A DNA stretch of 64,000 nucleotides, from contig JACONK010000026.1 of NCBI GenBank assembly GCA_014323795.1, positions 4,475 through 68,474 of the forward strand, read 5' to 3'. This stretch comes from Paracoccaceae bacterium. GTDB lineage: Bacteria > Pseudomonadota > Alphaproteobacteria > Rhodobacterales > Rhodobacteraceae. Within the stretch, counting starts at the first letter, position 1. Each line of letters begins with the position of its first letter. Made by a program: the position numbers and the translations under genes. This document shows, piece after piece, positions 9,035 through 20,513 of the stretch. Below the pieces are notes generated by a model. That model saw only the letters and a program-made list of their open reading frames with translations, had not been told where the DNA came from and searched no databases.

Positions 9035-9499
9035 ATGAAACTGTCCCCCCAGGCAATCACCACCATCGAAATGTGGCGCCTTGGTTTCGTGGCCACCGTC
9101 GGCACCGACGGGCGCCCGAATGTGAGCCCGAAGGGAACGTTTGTGGTGCTTGATCCGGAAACGATTGCCTTCGGGGAAATCCGGTCACCGCAGACGATCA
9201 CCAACCTGACAGCCAATCCGGAAACGGAGATTAACTTCGTTGACCAATTCACGCGCAAGGGGGTGCGTGTGCGCGGGCAGGCACAGATGGTGCCCCGCGG
9301 AACGGCGGAGTTTGACGGGCTGATCCCGCACTGGCAGGCGGGGTGGGGCGCACTGGCTGACAGGGTGAACATTATCGTCAGGATTCCCGTCGATCAGGCC
9401 AGACCTCTTGTCACACCGCCTTATGATGATGGCGCGACCGAAGAAGATATGATCGCCGCCTGGAAACAGAAATGCGCCGGGTTCTATCCAGGTGCCTGA
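9035..9499 (+). CDS. Pyridoxamine 5'-phosphate oxidase-like FMN-binding protein
   Basis: FVATVGTDGRPNVSPKG, NLTANP, KGVRVRG; GGAGG RBS. Confidence 0.85.
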   Translation: MKLSPQAITTIEMWRLGFVATVGTDGRPNVSPKGTFVVLDPETIAFGEIRSPQTITNLTANPETEINFVDQFTRKGVRVRGQAQMVPRGTAEFDGLIPHWQAGWGALADRVNIIVRIPVDQARPLVTPPYDDGATEEDMIAAWKQKCAGFYPGA

Positions 9500-9515
9500 G
9501 GCCGGAAACACTGAT

Positions 9516-11954
9516 ATGAACGTTCCTGCAAAAGCCCGCGCAGTCATCATCGGTGGCGGCATTGTCGGGGCGTCCGTCGCCTATCATCTGACGAAACTCG
9601 GCTGGACGGATGTGGTGCTGCTGGAACGAAAGGCCCTGACGTCGGGCACCACATGGCACGCGGCCGGGCTGATCGCGCAGTTGCGTGCAACGGCGAATAT
9701 GACGAGGCTCGCAAGGTATAGCCAGGAACTCTACGGCAGCCTTGAGGCAGAAACCGGGGTTGCCACGGGATTCAGACGAGTCGGCTCCATCACTGTCGCG
9801 TTAACCGCGGAACGAAAGGAAGAACTCTGGCGCGCCGCCTCCATGGCCCGGGCCTTCGGGGTGGAGATCGAAAAGATCAACTCCGACGAGGTGAAGCGGC
9901 GTTACGACCCCATCAATATAGACGGAGTAGTGGCTGGCGTTTACCTGCCCAGGGACGGGCAGGGGGATCCGGCCAACATTGCCCGTTCCCTCGCCAAAGG
10001 GGCGCGGAACCGCGGCGCACGGGTGATTGAGCGGGTAAAGGCAACGGGTGTGAACCGCACCGGCAACCGGATTATCGCCATTGCATGGGAGCATGAAAAC
10101 GGGGAATCCGGTCAGATTGAATGTGAACATGTGGTCAACTGTGCGGGCATATGGGGGCATGAAGTGGGGCGAATGCTCGGCACCAACATACCCCTGCAGG
10201 CCTGTGAGCACTTTTATATCGTGACCGGGCCCATCCCCGGCCTGCCGCAGCTGCCCGTGCTGCGGGTGCCGGACGAATGTGCCTACTACAAGGAAGACGC
10301 GGGCAAGATGCTTCTCGGCGCGTTTGAACCGGTCGCAAAGCCCTGGGGGCCGATCCCCGATGCCTTCGAGTTCGACCAGTTACCGGAGGATTTCGATCAC
10401 TTTGAGCCTATACTGGAGAAGGGTGTGAACCGGATGCCAATGCTCGAAAACGCGGGTATCCACACTTTCTTCAACGGGCCGGAGAGTTTCACTCCGGACG
10501 ATGCCTACCACCTCGGTCTTTGCCCGGGTATGGATAACGTGTGGGTGGCGGCCGGGTTTAACTCAATCGGGATTCAATCGGCCGGCGGTGCCGGGATGGC
10601 ACTCGCCGAGTGGATGGAAACAGGCGAAAAACCCTTTGACCTCGGCGATGTGGATATCACGCGGATGCAGCCGTTTCAGGGCAACAACAGCTATCTGAAG
10701 CACCGTGCGGCAGAGGTGCCGGGCCTGCTTTACGCTGACCACTTTCCCTTCCGTCAGAAGGCCACGGCCCGGGGGATCAGGCGAACGCCGTTCCACCCCT
10801 GCCTGGCCCGGTGCGGCGCGGTCTTCGGCGAGCTCGCCGGATGGGAACGTGCCAATTGGTTTGCTCCTGATGGCCGCAAGGCGGAATACGCCTACAGTTG
10901 GAAGCGGCAAACCTTCTTCGATTCTGTGCGCAAGGAGCATATGGCCGTGCGCCGGAACGTCGGCATGTACGATATGTCATCTTTCGGAAAACTGCGGGTG
11001 GAGGGGCCGGATGCGACAGCCTGCCTCAACTACCTGGCAGGCGGGCAGTATGACGTGCCAGTGGGCAAAATTGTCTATAGCCAGTTCCTCAATGCAACCG
11101 GCGGGATAGAGGCGGATGTGACCATCACGCGCCTGTCAGAAACCGCCTATCTGGTGGTAACGCCCGCGGCGACACGGCTGGCGGACCAGACATGGATGGA
11201 ACGCAACAAACGGGACTTTAATGTGGCGATTACCGATGTGACCGCCGCGGAAGGGGTCTTGGCAGTGATGGGCCCGCGGGCCCGGGATCTGCTAAAGGTG
11301 GTCAGCCCGAATGACTTTTCCAACCGGACAAACCCGTTTGGCACCGCCCGGGAAATCGAAATCGGCATGGGACTGGCACGCGCACACCGCGTAACCTACG
11401 TCGGCGAACTGGGGTGGGAGATCTATATCTCCGCCGACATGTGCGCCCATGTGTTTGAGATTTTGGCGGAGGCCGGGCAGGACTTCGATCTCGGACTTTG
11501 CGGGATGCACATGATGGATACCTGCCGGATTGAGAAAGGCTTCCGTCACTTCGGTCACGACATCACCTGCCAGGATCACGTGCTGGAGGCGGGGCTGGGC
11601 TTCGCCGTAAAGACGCATAAGCCGGATTTCATCGGGCGTGACGCGGTGCTGCGCAAGAAGGATGAAGGGCTGTCAACACGCCTTTTGCAGTTCAGACTGA
11701 CGGAGCCGGAGCCGCTGCTCTACCACAACGAGCCGATTTTGCGGGATGGGGAAATCGTGGGCTACCTGTCGTCCGGTGCCTATGGCCACGCGCTCGGGGC
11801 GGCTGTCGGCATGGGCTATGTGCCCTGCAGCGGAGAAAGCCCGGCGGATGTGCTCGCCTCCGGCTATGAGATTGAGGTCGCGGGCACCCGGGTGGTGGCG
11901 AAGGCAAGCCTGAAACCGATGTACGACCCGAAAGCGGAGCGGGTGAAGGTCTAG
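9516..11954 (+). CDS. GcvT-family FAD-dependent oxidoreductase (dimethylglycine/sarcosine dehydrogenase-like)
   Basis: IIGGGIVG, SGTTWHAAG, NGPESFTPD, C-terminal aminomethyltransferase domain. Confidence 0.9.
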   Translation: MNVPAKARAVIIGGGIVGASVAYHLTKLGWTDVVLLERKALTSGTTWHAAGLIAQLRATANMTRLARYSQELYGSLEAETGVATGFRRVGSITVALTAERKEELWRAASMARAFGVEIEKINSDEVKRRYDPINIDGVVAGVYLPRDGQGDPANIARSLAKGARNRGARVIERVKATGVNRTGNRIIAIAWEHENGESGQIECEHVVNCAGIWGHEVGRMLGTNIPLQACEHFYIVTGPIPGLPQLPVLRVPDECAYYKEDAGKMLLGAFEPVAKPWGPIPDAFEFDQLPEDFDHFEPILEKGVNRMPMLENAGIHTFFNGPESFTPDDAYHLGLCPGMDNVWVAAGFNSIGIQSAGGAGMALAEWMETGEKPFDLGDVDITRMQPFQGNNSYLKHRAAEVPGLLYADHFPFRQKATARGIRRTPFHPCLARCGAVFGELAGWERANWFAPDGRKAEYAYSWKRQTFFDSVRKEHMAVRRNVGMYDMSSFGKLRVEGPDATACLNYLAGGQYDVPVGKIVYSQFLNATGGIEADVTITRLSETAYLVVTPAATRLADQTWMERNKRDFNVAITDVTAAEGVLAVMGPRARDLLKVVSPNDFSNRTNPFGTAREIEIGMGLARAHRVTYVGELGWEIYISADMCAHVFEILAEAGQDFDLGLCGMHMMDTCRIEKGFRHFGHDITCQDHVLEAGLGFAVKTHKPDFIGRDAVLRKKDEGLSTRLLQFRLTEPEPLLYHNEPILRDGEIVGYLSSGAYGHALGAAVGMGYVPCSGESPADVLASGYEIEVAGTRVVAKASLKPMYDPKAERVKV

Positions 11955-12451
11955 GGACCACGCGGCAAAGAGGCATCGGAAGGCACACCCCGCAGATATT
12001 CAACAGGCCCGGGAACCACACGCATGGCCGCAGGCCCGTGGCGGGCACAGCGTTGTGTGATGGGGCACTTTCCTGGCGAACGCCTGCTCCCCGGAAGATG
12101 TTGTAAAAAGCCTGTGTTGGCAGGCTGACCGCCAGGAAATTTTCCCCTGACTCCCCCGCCCTCTTCCCTGACTCCGGCGAAACAGTCTGCACCGGCCCGC
12201 CTGTAGCAACCCCGTCACACACTTTTGTCATCTGCACCCGGACAAAAGAAAGAGGCCGCGTGATTAATCGGGCGGGGAACAGCTGCCTTGGGGTTCCCTT
12301 CTCCCGTCATCCGGCTATAGACAAAACCCTGAAAGATATTTCTGCCGCCACACCGGAACCGCAGCGCACCTGCGCCGGGGGCATGTCGGCGGCGGTTCCG
12401 CCCGGACAGGGGATGCTGTGATGGATACGGACAGGCAGCCTGGCAATATGC

Positions 12452-12550
12452 CAAAAAGACACGGCACCGTTCTGGCCCCGCTACGCAATCAGGGATGTCT
12501 GCGCACGTGCTGCGATTCTGGCGGTCTGCGTGGCCATCGTCGGTTCCATA
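12452..12550 (+). repeat. Degenerate 99-bp copy of an internal petB segment (19891-19989)
   Basis: Ungapped manual alignment, 84/99 identical. Confidence 0.85.
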
Positions 12551-12755
12551 GGGTTCAGCCAGTGGACGGTGTACCCGGCACGTCCGTCTGCCTGTGGCGC
12601 GGACACCTGCCCGCCCTTCCCGCACTGCTTTCAGGGCACCGTCAGCCGCGCCTTCCCGTCGCCCTCCAGCACTACTTATTTATAAACCGTACCGGATGGT
12701 ACCGCAAAACACACTCTTTTCATTCACATCCGGGCGAACAAACAAGGAGCCCGCC

Positions 12756-13898
12756 ATGGCCACCGACCCCGTAGAATTAACGCGCGCCCTAATCCGCTGC
12801 CCATCAGTTACCCCGGCAGAGGCCGGTGCCCTGACCATTTTGGAAAACCTGCTGGGCGACGCCGGTTTCGCCTGCACTCGGGTAGATCGCAACGGTATCC
12901 CAAACCTGTTTGCGCGCTGGGGACAAGCGGCAGATGGGCAGACTTTTGGCTTCAACGGCCACACGGATGTTGTGCCCGTCGGCGATGAAACTGCCTGGCG
13001 GTTTGACCCCTTCGGGGCAGAGGTCAGGGACGGCTGGCTTTACGGGCGCGGGGCCACAGACATGAAATCCGGCGTAGCCGCTTTTGCTGCAGCGGCTGTG
13101 GATTTTGTCAATGACACGCCGCCCGATGGATCTGTCGTGCTGGCGATCACTGGTGATGAGGAGGGTGTTGCCGCTGACGGCACGGTTGCATTGCTCGACT
13201 GGATGAAAGCGGAGGGAGAGCGCATCAACCATTGCCTGGTGGGGGAGCCAACCTGCCCGGAACAATTGGGCGAGATGATAAAGATCGGGCGCCGCGGATC
13301 CTTGACTGCTTTTTTCAACGCAATTGGTGTGCAGGGCCATTCGGCATATCCGCACCACGCACGCAACCCGGTCCCCGCCATGGCGGCCCTGATGGTGCAT
13401 CTGGCGGCGATAACGCTGGATGAAGGGTCCTGCGACTTTGGCCCCTCCACGCTTGCCGTCACCGCTATAGATACCGGCAACCCGGCCGACAACGTGATCC
13501 CGGCAGGCTGCCAGGCGACCGTTAATATCCGCTTCAACGACCATTGGCGAAGCGATCAGTTGATTGACATGCTGCGCGGTGCGGCCCGGAATATGGGGGC
13601 GACCCACGGTATCGGGTTCGAGATGACAACCCGGGTCAGCGGCGAGAGCTTTCTTACACCGCCCGGTGACTTGTCCGACCTCGTTGCAAAGGCTGTACAG
13701 GCAGAGACGGGCCTGTCCCCGGTTCTGTCCACCTCTGGCGGCACGTCGGACGCACGGTTCCTTAGAACCCATTGCCCGGTGGTGGAATTCGGGCTCGTCG
13801 GCAAGACGATGCATCAGGCGAACGAACGGGTGGAAGTGGCGCAGATCTACCGGCTCAAGGCCATCTACAGCCGTATCCTGCGGGATTACTTTGCGTGA
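12756..13898 (+). CDS. dapE: Succinyl-diaminopimelate desuccinylase
   Basis: [41 protein letters not shown]; AAGGAG RBS. Confidence 0.95.
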   Translation: MATDPVELTRALIRCPSVTPAEAGALTILENLLGDAGFACTRVDRNGIPNLFARWGQAADGQTFGFNGHTDVVPVGDETAWRFDPFGAEVRDGWLYGRGATDMKSGVAAFAAAAVDFVNDTPPDGSVVLAITGDEEGVAADGTVALLDWMKAEGERINHCLVGEPTCPEQLGEMIKIGRRGSLTAFFNAIGVQGHSAYPHHARNPVPAMAALMVHLAAITLDEGSCDFGPSTLAVTAIDTGNPADNVIPAGCQATVNIRFNDHWRSDQLIDMLRGAARNMGATHGIGFEMTTRVSGESFLTPPGDLSDLVAKAVQAETGLSPVLSTSGGTSDARFLRTHCPVVEFGLVGKTMHQANERVEVAQIYRLKAIYSRILRDYFA

Positions 13899-14464
13899 AA
13901 TACACGCTGTATACCATGGTCAAGGTTCCGCGCCCCGGCCGCGTGAAGACCCGCCTGGGCCGGGATATTGGGCATATCCGGGCGACCTGGTGGTTCCGCT
14001 GGCAGGTGGCCGGGCTGTTACGCCGCCTGCGTGACCCGCGCTGGCAGGTGTTTCTGGCTGTAACCCCTGACGCGGAGGGATTGACCTCCGGGATATGGCC
14101 ACAAGATTTGCCGCGCGTCGCTCAAGGTCAAGGAAACCTCGGCACCCGAATGGCCCGGGTTTTCCGTGCGGCACCGCCAGGCCCGGCCTGTATCATCGGC
14201 GCGGACATCCCCGGTATCACCCGCACCCATATCGCCCGTGCGTTCAAGGAGCTGGGTGAGGCAGAGGCGGTGTTCGGCCCCTCCCCGGACGGCGGCTACT
14301 GGCTTGTCGGTTTGCGTCACCCTCACCGTCTGCGGGCCAACGCTCTGGACCGGATAGCCTGGGGCACGGATACCTCCCTGGCAGATACCATGGATTGCCT
14401 GCATCCGCGCACGATCAGATTAATTGACACCTTACGGGACGTGGATACGGTCTTGGATCTTTGA
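13895..14464 (+). CDS. DUF2064 / TIGR04282-type nucleotidyltransferase-like protein
   Basis: [42 protein letters not shown]; GTG start overlapping dapE stop. Confidence 0.8.
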   Translation: MKYTLYTMVKVPRPGRVKTRLGRDIGHIRATWWFRWQVAGLLRRLRDPRWQVFLAVTPDAEGLTSGIWPQDLPRVAQGQGNLGTRMARVFRAAPPGPACIIGADIPGITRTHIARAFKELGEAEAVFGPSPDGGYWLVGLRHPHRLRANALDRIAWGTDTSLADTMDCLHPRTIRLIDTLRDVDTVLDL

Positions 14465-14552
14465 TTGGTTAAAAAAAATTACCGCAGGCCGGGAACCCTG
14501 CCGCCTGCTGTGCGTTACGTGATCAGCGTTTGGGGCTAATTCGGAGGCTTGC

Positions 14553-15734
14553 ATGGCCGTGCGCGTATTTGGAGTGTCATCTGAAGTCGCAGCCGGGCTT
14601 GTGCTCGCAGCCGGGGCTGTACTCGGACTTATTTTTGAAAACATTGCCTTTTTGTCGGTGATTTACGACCGGCTTCTCGATACCGTGATGACAATTGCTG
14701 TAGGGGAATCCAAAATTGAGAAGCCGTTGCTTTTATGGATCAATGATGGGTTGATGGCGATATTTTTTCTCTACGTGGCGTTGGAGATCAAAAAGGAGAT
14801 TGTGCGCGGTGCCCTTTCAACCTGGACTCGTGCCGCAATGCCCGTCTACGGCGCAATCGGCGGAATCGTAGCACCTGCACTGGTTTTCATCGGGATTGTT
14901 GGTATCGACTCAGCAGAAGCCAGAGGCTGGGCCATTCCGGCCGCGACTGACATCGCCTTCGCACTGGGGGTGCTGAGCCTTTTGGGCAACCGTGTCCCGC
15001 CGGAGTTGAAAACTTTCCTTCTCGCACTGGCCGTGGTGGATGACCTCGCTGCCATTATGATAATTGCGATATTCTATACCGCGGGTATGTCCTTCGCCGC
15101 TCTTGTCACCGCTGCCGTGGCAAGCGGGGTGCTCTTCTTCATGAACCGGCGGCGTGTCACGTCTGCGGCACCGTATATCATCGTGGGTCTGATTATGTGG
15201 GCGGCGGTGCTGAAATCCGGTGTGCATGCGACGCTCGCCGGTGTGGTGCTGGGCCTCTTTATCCCGATTTCGGAAGACAAGAATGGTCGCTCGCTTGCCA
15301 TCGATATGAAAAACGGCTTGCATAATTGGGTGGCTTTCCTGATCATGCCCGTGTTTGCCTTCGCCAATGCAGGTGTGCCGCTGGCGGGCTTTACGCTCGA
15401 AACCCTCATGCAGCCTCTGCCCCTGGCCATTGCTGCAGGTCTGTTCATCGGTAAGCAGATCGGCGTTTTCGGGTGTACATTCGCAGCCGTGAAACTCGGG
15501 CTCGCTTTCAAGCCGGATGTTATCACCTGGCGCAAGGTTTACGGCACGGCGTGTCTGGCCGGTATCGGCTTTACCATGTCGCTCTTTATCGGTGGCCTCG
15601 CCTTTCCTGATCCTGAGCCCCAGAACCTTGTGCGTGCAGGTGTGCTGGTGGGTTCTCTCGCCTCCGGCGTCCTCGGTATGACACTGCTGATGTGGTCGCG
15701 CAAAAATGAGCCGGTGCGTACCTTCGGCGAATAG
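14553..15734 (+). CDS. nhaA: Na+/H+ antiporter NhaA
   Basis: WINDGLMAIFF, GWAIPAATDIAF, LAVVDDL, KSGVHAT, GIGFTMSLFI. Confidence 0.95.
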   Translation: MAVRVFGVSSEVAAGLVLAAGAVLGLIFENIAFLSVIYDRLLDTVMTIAVGESKIEKPLLLWINDGLMAIFFLYVALEIKKEIVRGALSTWTRAAMPVYGAIGGIVAPALVFIGIVGIDSAEARGWAIPAATDIAFALGVLSLLGNRVPPELKTFLLALAVVDDLAAIMIIAIFYTAGMSFAALVTAAVASGVLFFMNRRRVTSAAPYIIVGLIMWAAVLKSGVHATLAGVVLGLFIPISEDKNGRSLAIDMKNGLHNWVAFLIMPVFAFANAGVPLAGFTLETLMQPLPLAIAAGLFIGKQIGVFGCTFAAVKLGLAFKPDVITWRKVYGTACLAGIGFTMSLFIGGLAFPDPEPQNLVRAGVLVGSLASGVLGMTLLMWSRKNEPVRTFGE

Positions 15735-15795
15735 CGAGCCCCGGATAGCGTTATTTCAGTGACTCCGCCCGCCCATCTGTGTTAGCCGGCGGACT

Positions 15796-18021
15796 ATGGC
15801 AGATTTACCTTCCAGGCAAGACATCCTCAACTGGATCAGGGACAACCCGTCCAGGGCCTCCGGGCGTGATGTGGCGCGGGCATTCGGCATAAAGGGCAGT
15901 GCGCGGATTGATTTGAAACGTCTGCTGAGGAATCTGGCCGAAGACGGCCTTATCGAAAAGCGCAAGATCCACTGCCGTGCAGCAGGAGAGTTGCCGCCGG
16001 TTACTGTGCTGATGATCGAGGCGATAGACGGCGGTGATCTGACCGCCCGCCCGATAGAATGGCAGGGGGAAGGTGTGATGCCTCGTGCGCTTGTCATTCC
16101 CCGGGCAAAAGACCCTGCGCTGACAACCGGCGACCGCATCCTGGCGCGGTTATCCAAGGTTCGGGATGATGAATTCCAATACCACGCCCGCCTGATCCGC
16201 CGTATCGGCTCCGGTTCCACGCGGGTGCTGGGGGTTTACCATGCCAGCCCTGAAGGGGGGCGCATGATCCCGGTCGATAAGCGTAAGGGCCGGGACTGTA
16301 TCGTCCCCGCAGGCCAAACTGGCGGGGCGAAAAACGGGGAGCTGGTGCAGGCGGAAAACATCTTCTGCCCCACGTGCGTGGGCCTCGGCAAGGTGCGGAT
16401 CGTGGATCGCCTGGGTGACCCCACAGCACCCGGTTCTGTCAGTCTGATCGCAATTCACCAGCATGGCATCCCGGATCACTTCCCCGATGCGGCGATCATC
16501 GAGGCGGAAAAGGCATCGGCCGTGGAACCTGGTGAGCGTATCGATCTGCGCCACCTGCCGCTTTTTACTATCGATCCTTGGGATGCCCGTGATCGCGATG
16601 ATGCGATATGTGCGGTACCGGACGAAGACCCGAGAAACGCAGGTGGTCACATCGTGTGGGTCGCCATTGCCGATGTTGCGCACTACGTGCGGCCCGGTTC
16701 CGCGCTCGACACAGAGGCGAAGAGACGCGGCAACTCCACCTACTTTCCCGACCGGGTGGTGCCGATGCTGCCCGATGTCCTGTCGGGTGACCTCTGTTCG
16801 TTGCACGAAGGAGTGGACCGGGCGTGTCTGGCCGTGCGTATCCGGCTGAACTCAATTGGAGAAAAACTTGATCACGAGTTTCACCGTGGCCTGATGCGCT
16901 CGCCCGCGTCCATGAACTACAAACAGGCGCAAGCTGCGGCAGAAGGTACGTATGATGAGATGACGGCACCGCTTGCCGGGCCGATTCGCAATCTCTTCGC
17001 CGCCTATGAAAGCGCGGTGAAGGCCCGTGATGCACGTCAACCCCTTAACCTTGACCTGCCGGAGCGGGAGATCGTGTTGTCTGACGATGGCCGGGTCACG
17101 GGCATTGCCTTCAAGGAGCGGCTCGAAGCTCACAGGCTGGTCGAAGAATTCATGATTATGGCCAACGTTTGTGCCGCCGAAACGCTCGAACAGAAGCGAC
17201 GACACCTGCTCTACCGTGTTCATGAACAGCCTTCGCCCGAAAAAATCGATGCGCTGCGCGAGGTGGCGGAAGCCGCAGGGCTGAAGTTCCCCAAAGGGCG
17301 GATGCTAAAGACAGCGCAGCTCAACCGCCTGCTCGCTGCTGTGGCGGGGAAGGAAAATTCCGAAACCGTTTCAATGGCTGTGCTGCGCTCCATGACGCAA
17401 GCCTTCTACGGGCCGGAAAATCTCAGCCATTTCGGGCTGAACCTGAAGCGTTATGCCCACTTCACGTCACCTATCCGGCGCTACGCTGATCTGATCGTGC
17501 ACCGTGCGCTGATTACCGCCCACGGCTGGGGTGACGATGGAATCAGAGACGACGATACGGAGACGCTGCAGGCAACCGGTGACTGGATCAGCCAGACAGA
17601 GCGGCGGTCCATGCTTGCGGAACGGGACACAACGGATCGTTACCTTGCGACATTCCTGAGCGAGCGGGTGGGCGAACACTTCACCGGACGCGTCAGTGGC
17701 ATCACCAGGTTCGCGCTGTTCGTGAAATTTGACGGCTCCGGCGCGGACGGGATGGTACCGCTGAGCCATTTGGGAACCGAATATTGGGTTTATTCGCAGC
17801 AAAACAACAGCCTGACCGGTGATAAATCGGGCCGCGTGATCCGGGCCGGTGATCCGGTTGTGGTGCGCCTGTCGGATGCCGCGCCCCTGACGGGTGGGTT
17901 GACGGCTGAATTGCTGGAGATCGGCGGCAAGCCCCTGCCCAAAATGGCGAACGGGCGGCGTACGCATGCCAGGAAAAAGCGCGACAAGCGGAAGATTATG
18001 AAAAGCGACCGGCGGCGGTGA
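15796..18021 (+). CDS. rnr: Ribonuclease R
   Basis: TIDPWDARDRDDA, RGNSTYFP, HRLVEEFMI, HFTSPIRRYADL, C-terminal S1 domain and basic tail. Confidence 0.95.
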   Translation: MADLPSRQDILNWIRDNPSRASGRDVARAFGIKGSARIDLKRLLRNLAEDGLIEKRKIHCRAAGELPPVTVLMIEAIDGGDLTARPIEWQGEGVMPRALVIPRAKDPALTTGDRILARLSKVRDDEFQYHARLIRRIGSGSTRVLGVYHASPEGGRMIPVDKRKGRDCIVPAGQTGGAKNGELVQAENIFCPTCVGLGKVRIVDRLGDPTAPGSVSLIAIHQHGIPDHFPDAAIIEAEKASAVEPGERIDLRHLPLFTIDPWDARDRDDAICAVPDEDPRNAGGHIVWVAIADVAHYVRPGSALDTEAKRRGNSTYFPDRVVPMLPDVLSGDLCSLHEGVDRACLAVRIRLNSIGEKLDHEFHRGLMRSPASMNYKQAQAAAEGTYDEMTAPLAGPIRNLFAAYESAVKARDARQPLNLDLPEREIVLSDDGRVTGIAFKERLEAHRLVEEFMIMANVCAAETLEQKRRHLLYRVHEQPSPEKIDALREVAEAAGLKFPKGRMLKTAQLNRLLAAVAGKENSETVSMAVLRSMTQAFYGPENLSHFGLNLKRYAHFTSPIRRYADLIVHRALITAHGWGDDGIRDDDTETLQATGDWISQTERRSMLAERDTTDRYLATFLSERVGEHFTGRVSGITRFALFVKFDGSGADGMVPLSHLGTEYWVYSQQNNSLTGDKSGRVIRAGDPVVVRLSDAAPLTGGLTAELLEIGGKPLPKMANGRRTHARKKRDKRKIMKSDRRR

Positions 18022-18365
18022 GCCGATTTGCTGCGCCCGAAGGCGACCCCTGCAACGTATGGATCCGGCACGGAATCAGGGTAGTGCAAGACCTGATTTT
18101 ACCGCGAATGTCGCGGTGATCCCGCAAGGGTGATCGCAGCGGTAGCGCGGTTTGGGCTGCGGGTCTCAGCGGCAATCCGGATAATCATCCATACATCTGC
18201 GGCCCCATGTATGCAGGTGTGGCATACAGGCGGTCTCCCGCCGTAAAGATTTGATAAATAAGGAAAATCATAAGGTTCGATGGCAGTAGTATCTTTCCCG
18301 AAAACAGTGCGTCAGATATCATGCGTTTTACCAATGGGCTAAATCCTTGCGCCAGGTCAAAATCC

Positions 18366-18383
18366 TGCCGCGACAAACGCGCA
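18366..18383. promoter_or_regulatory. Possible RegA/PrrA-type GC-rich site upstream of petABC
   Basis: TGCCGCGACAAACGCGCA resembles GCGNC/GTCGC half-sites; weak match. Confidence 0.25.
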
Positions 18384-18615
18384 CAGATCGACGCAAAATC
18401 CTTGTTTTGATACGGATTTCGGACTGGTTTTCGCAATGTCCGGGGCAAAGCCCCGTTCGGGCATGATTGGGATTGACTGCATCTGAAACTTTGCTAAAGG
18501 ATGTAGTTTGCGAGGCTATTTCCCCTCCGGTGCGGGGGAAGGCCGCGCAGTGCGCAGAACATCTGGCCAGCCCGGCATGCGGTGGCAGGCCGGAGCCAGA
18601 CAAGGAGACAGAACC

Positions 18616-19164
18616 GTGGCCGAGGAGGTAAGTGAAAATCGTCGCGATTTTCTCTATGTTGCCACCGCTGCAACCGGGGCGATTGTAACGGCTTCTGCCG
18701 TCTGGCCCCTGATAAACCAGATGAATCCATCCGCAGATGTGCAGGCGCTCGCTTCCATAGATGTGGATCTCTCCGCGGTGGCACCAGGTAGCCAGATTAC
18801 TGTAAAGTGGCTGGGCAAGCCGGTATTCATCCGTCGCCGTACGAAAAAAGAGATTGAGGCCGCACGCAACGTTGACCTTTCAGAACTGCCGGACCCGATC
18901 GGGCGCAACGACAACAGGCCGGGTGAGCCGGCCACGGACGAGAACCGCACACTTGACGAATCCGGCGAATGGCTGGTGATGATGGGCGTGTGCACACACT
19001 TGGGCTGTGTGCCATTGGGCAATGCCGGTGACTTCGGCGGCTGGTTCTGCCCGTGCCACGGCTCCCACTATGATACTGCGGGCCGTATCCGCAAAGGGCC
19101 AGCGCCGACCAACATGCCGGTACCCACCGCGGTTCTGAACGGCACGACGCTGACTTTGGGTTAA
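18616..19164 (+). CDS. petA: Ubiquinol-cytochrome c reductase Rieske Fe-S subunit
   Basis: Tat RRDFL, CTHLGC, CPCHGS; AAGGAG RBS before GTG at 18616. Confidence 0.96.
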   Translation: MAEEVSENRRDFLYVATAATGAIVTASAVWPLINQMNPSADVQALASIDVDLSAVAPGSQITVKWLGKPVFIRRRTKKEIEAARNVDLSELPDPIGRNDNRPGEPATDENRTLDESGEWLVMMGVCTHLGCVPLGNAGDFGGWFCPCHGSHYDTAGRIRKGPAPTNMPVPTAVLNGTTLTLG

Positions 19165-19179
19165 GAAGGAGGAAGACAT

Positions 19180-20508
19180 ATGGCCGGTATCCCCCACGAC
19201 CGCTATGAGCCCAGGACAAAATCGGAAAAATGGCTCCACCGCCGCCTTCCGGTCATCGGGCTTCTGTACGATACGCTGATGATCCCCACGCCCAAGAACC
19301 TGAACTGGATGTGGATATGGGGCATCATTCTGACCTTCTGTCTGGCATTGCAGATCATAACCGGCGTCGTTCTGGTGATGCACTACACGCCGCATGTGGA
19401 CCATGCTTTCGATTCGGTCGAACATATCATGCGCAACGTTAACGGCGGCTGGGCGATGCGATATCTGCACATGAACGGTGCCTCGCTGTTCTTTGTGGCC
19501 GTCTACATGCATATCTTCCGCGGCCTCTACTACGGCTCCTATAAGGAACCGCGTGAGGTGACGTGGATAATCGGCATGTTGATCTACCTGTTGATGATGG
19601 GCACCGCTTTTATGGGGTACGTGCTGCCTTGGGGGCAGATGTCCTTTTGGGGCGCGACTGTGATCACTGGCCTTTTCGGCGCAATCCCGGGCATCGGCGA
19701 AGTACTGCAAACCTGGCTGCTCGGAGGGCCGGCCGTAGATAACTACACGCTGAACCGCTTCTTCAGCCTGCACTATCTGCTGCCGTTCGTTATTGTGGGT
19801 CTTGTGGCCGTACACATCTGGGCCTTCCACACCACGGGTAACAACAACCCGACCGGGGTCGAGGTGCGCCGTGCATCAAAGGCAGAAGCGCAAAAAGACA
19901 CGGTACCGTTCTGGCCCTACTACGTAATCAAGGATCTCTTCGCGCTTGCCGTGATACTGGCGGTCTTCGTGGCCATCGTCGGTTTCATGCCGAACTACCT
20001 CGGTCACCCGGACAACTATATCGAGGCGAACCCGCTGGCGACACCGGCACACATCGTGCCTGAATGGTACTTCTTGCCGTTCTACGCGGTTCTGCGTGCG
20101 ATTACCTTCGACATCCTGTTCCTGGATGCGAAATTCCTTGGCGTACTCGCCATGTTCGGTGCCATCGCCGTGATGGCAATTGCACCGTGGCTTGATACGT
20201 CGAGTGTGCGTTCCGGCAAGTATCGCCCTATGTTCAAAGTGTTCTTCTGGCTTCTGGTTCTGGACTTCCTCATATTGACCTGGGCCGGGTCGCAACCGGC
20301 AGAAGGTATCGTTCCGCTGGTTTCGCTCCTGGGCACGATCTATTGGTTTGCGTACTTCCTGATCGTCCTGCCGCTGCTCGGCGTGATTGAGAAGCCGCTG
20401 CCGCAGCCTGAGACGATCGAGGATGACTTCGATGCACACTACCCGCCGGATATGAAAACTGACGGAACCCGCAGTGTCGGTGATGCGCAAGCGACCCCGG
20501 CTGAGTAG
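19180..20508 (+). CDS. petB: Cytochrome b
   Basis: [22 protein letters not shown] motifs. Confidence 0.97.
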   Translation: MAGIPHDRYEPRTKSEKWLHRRLPVIGLLYDTLMIPTPKNLNWMWIWGIILTFCLALQIITGVVLVMHYTPHVDHAFDSVEHIMRNVNGGWAMRYLHMNGASLFFVAVYMHIFRGLYYGSYKEPREVTWIIGMLIYLLMMGTAFMGYVLPWGQMSFWGATVITGLFGAIPGIGEVLQTWLLGGPAVDNYTLNRFFSLHYLLPFVIVGLVAVHIWAFHTTGNNNPTGVEVRRASKAEAQKDTVPFWPYYVIKDLFALAVILAVFVAIVGFMPNYLGHPDNYIEANPLATPAHIVPEWYFLPFYAVLRAITFDILFLDAKFLGVLAMFGAIAVMAIAPWLDTSSVRSGKYRPMFKVFFWLLVLDFLILTWAGSQPAEGIVPLVSLLGTIYWFAYFLIVLPLLGVIEKPLPQPETIEDDFDAHYPPDMKTDGTRSVGDAQATPAE

Positions 20509-20513
20509 CCAAG

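Noticed and set aside
12452-12550. petB segment and its copy as a diversity-generating retroelement VR/TR pair
   Set aside because: The 15 mismatches are not confined to adenines on either strand of either copy, and no reverse transcriptase is in the window.
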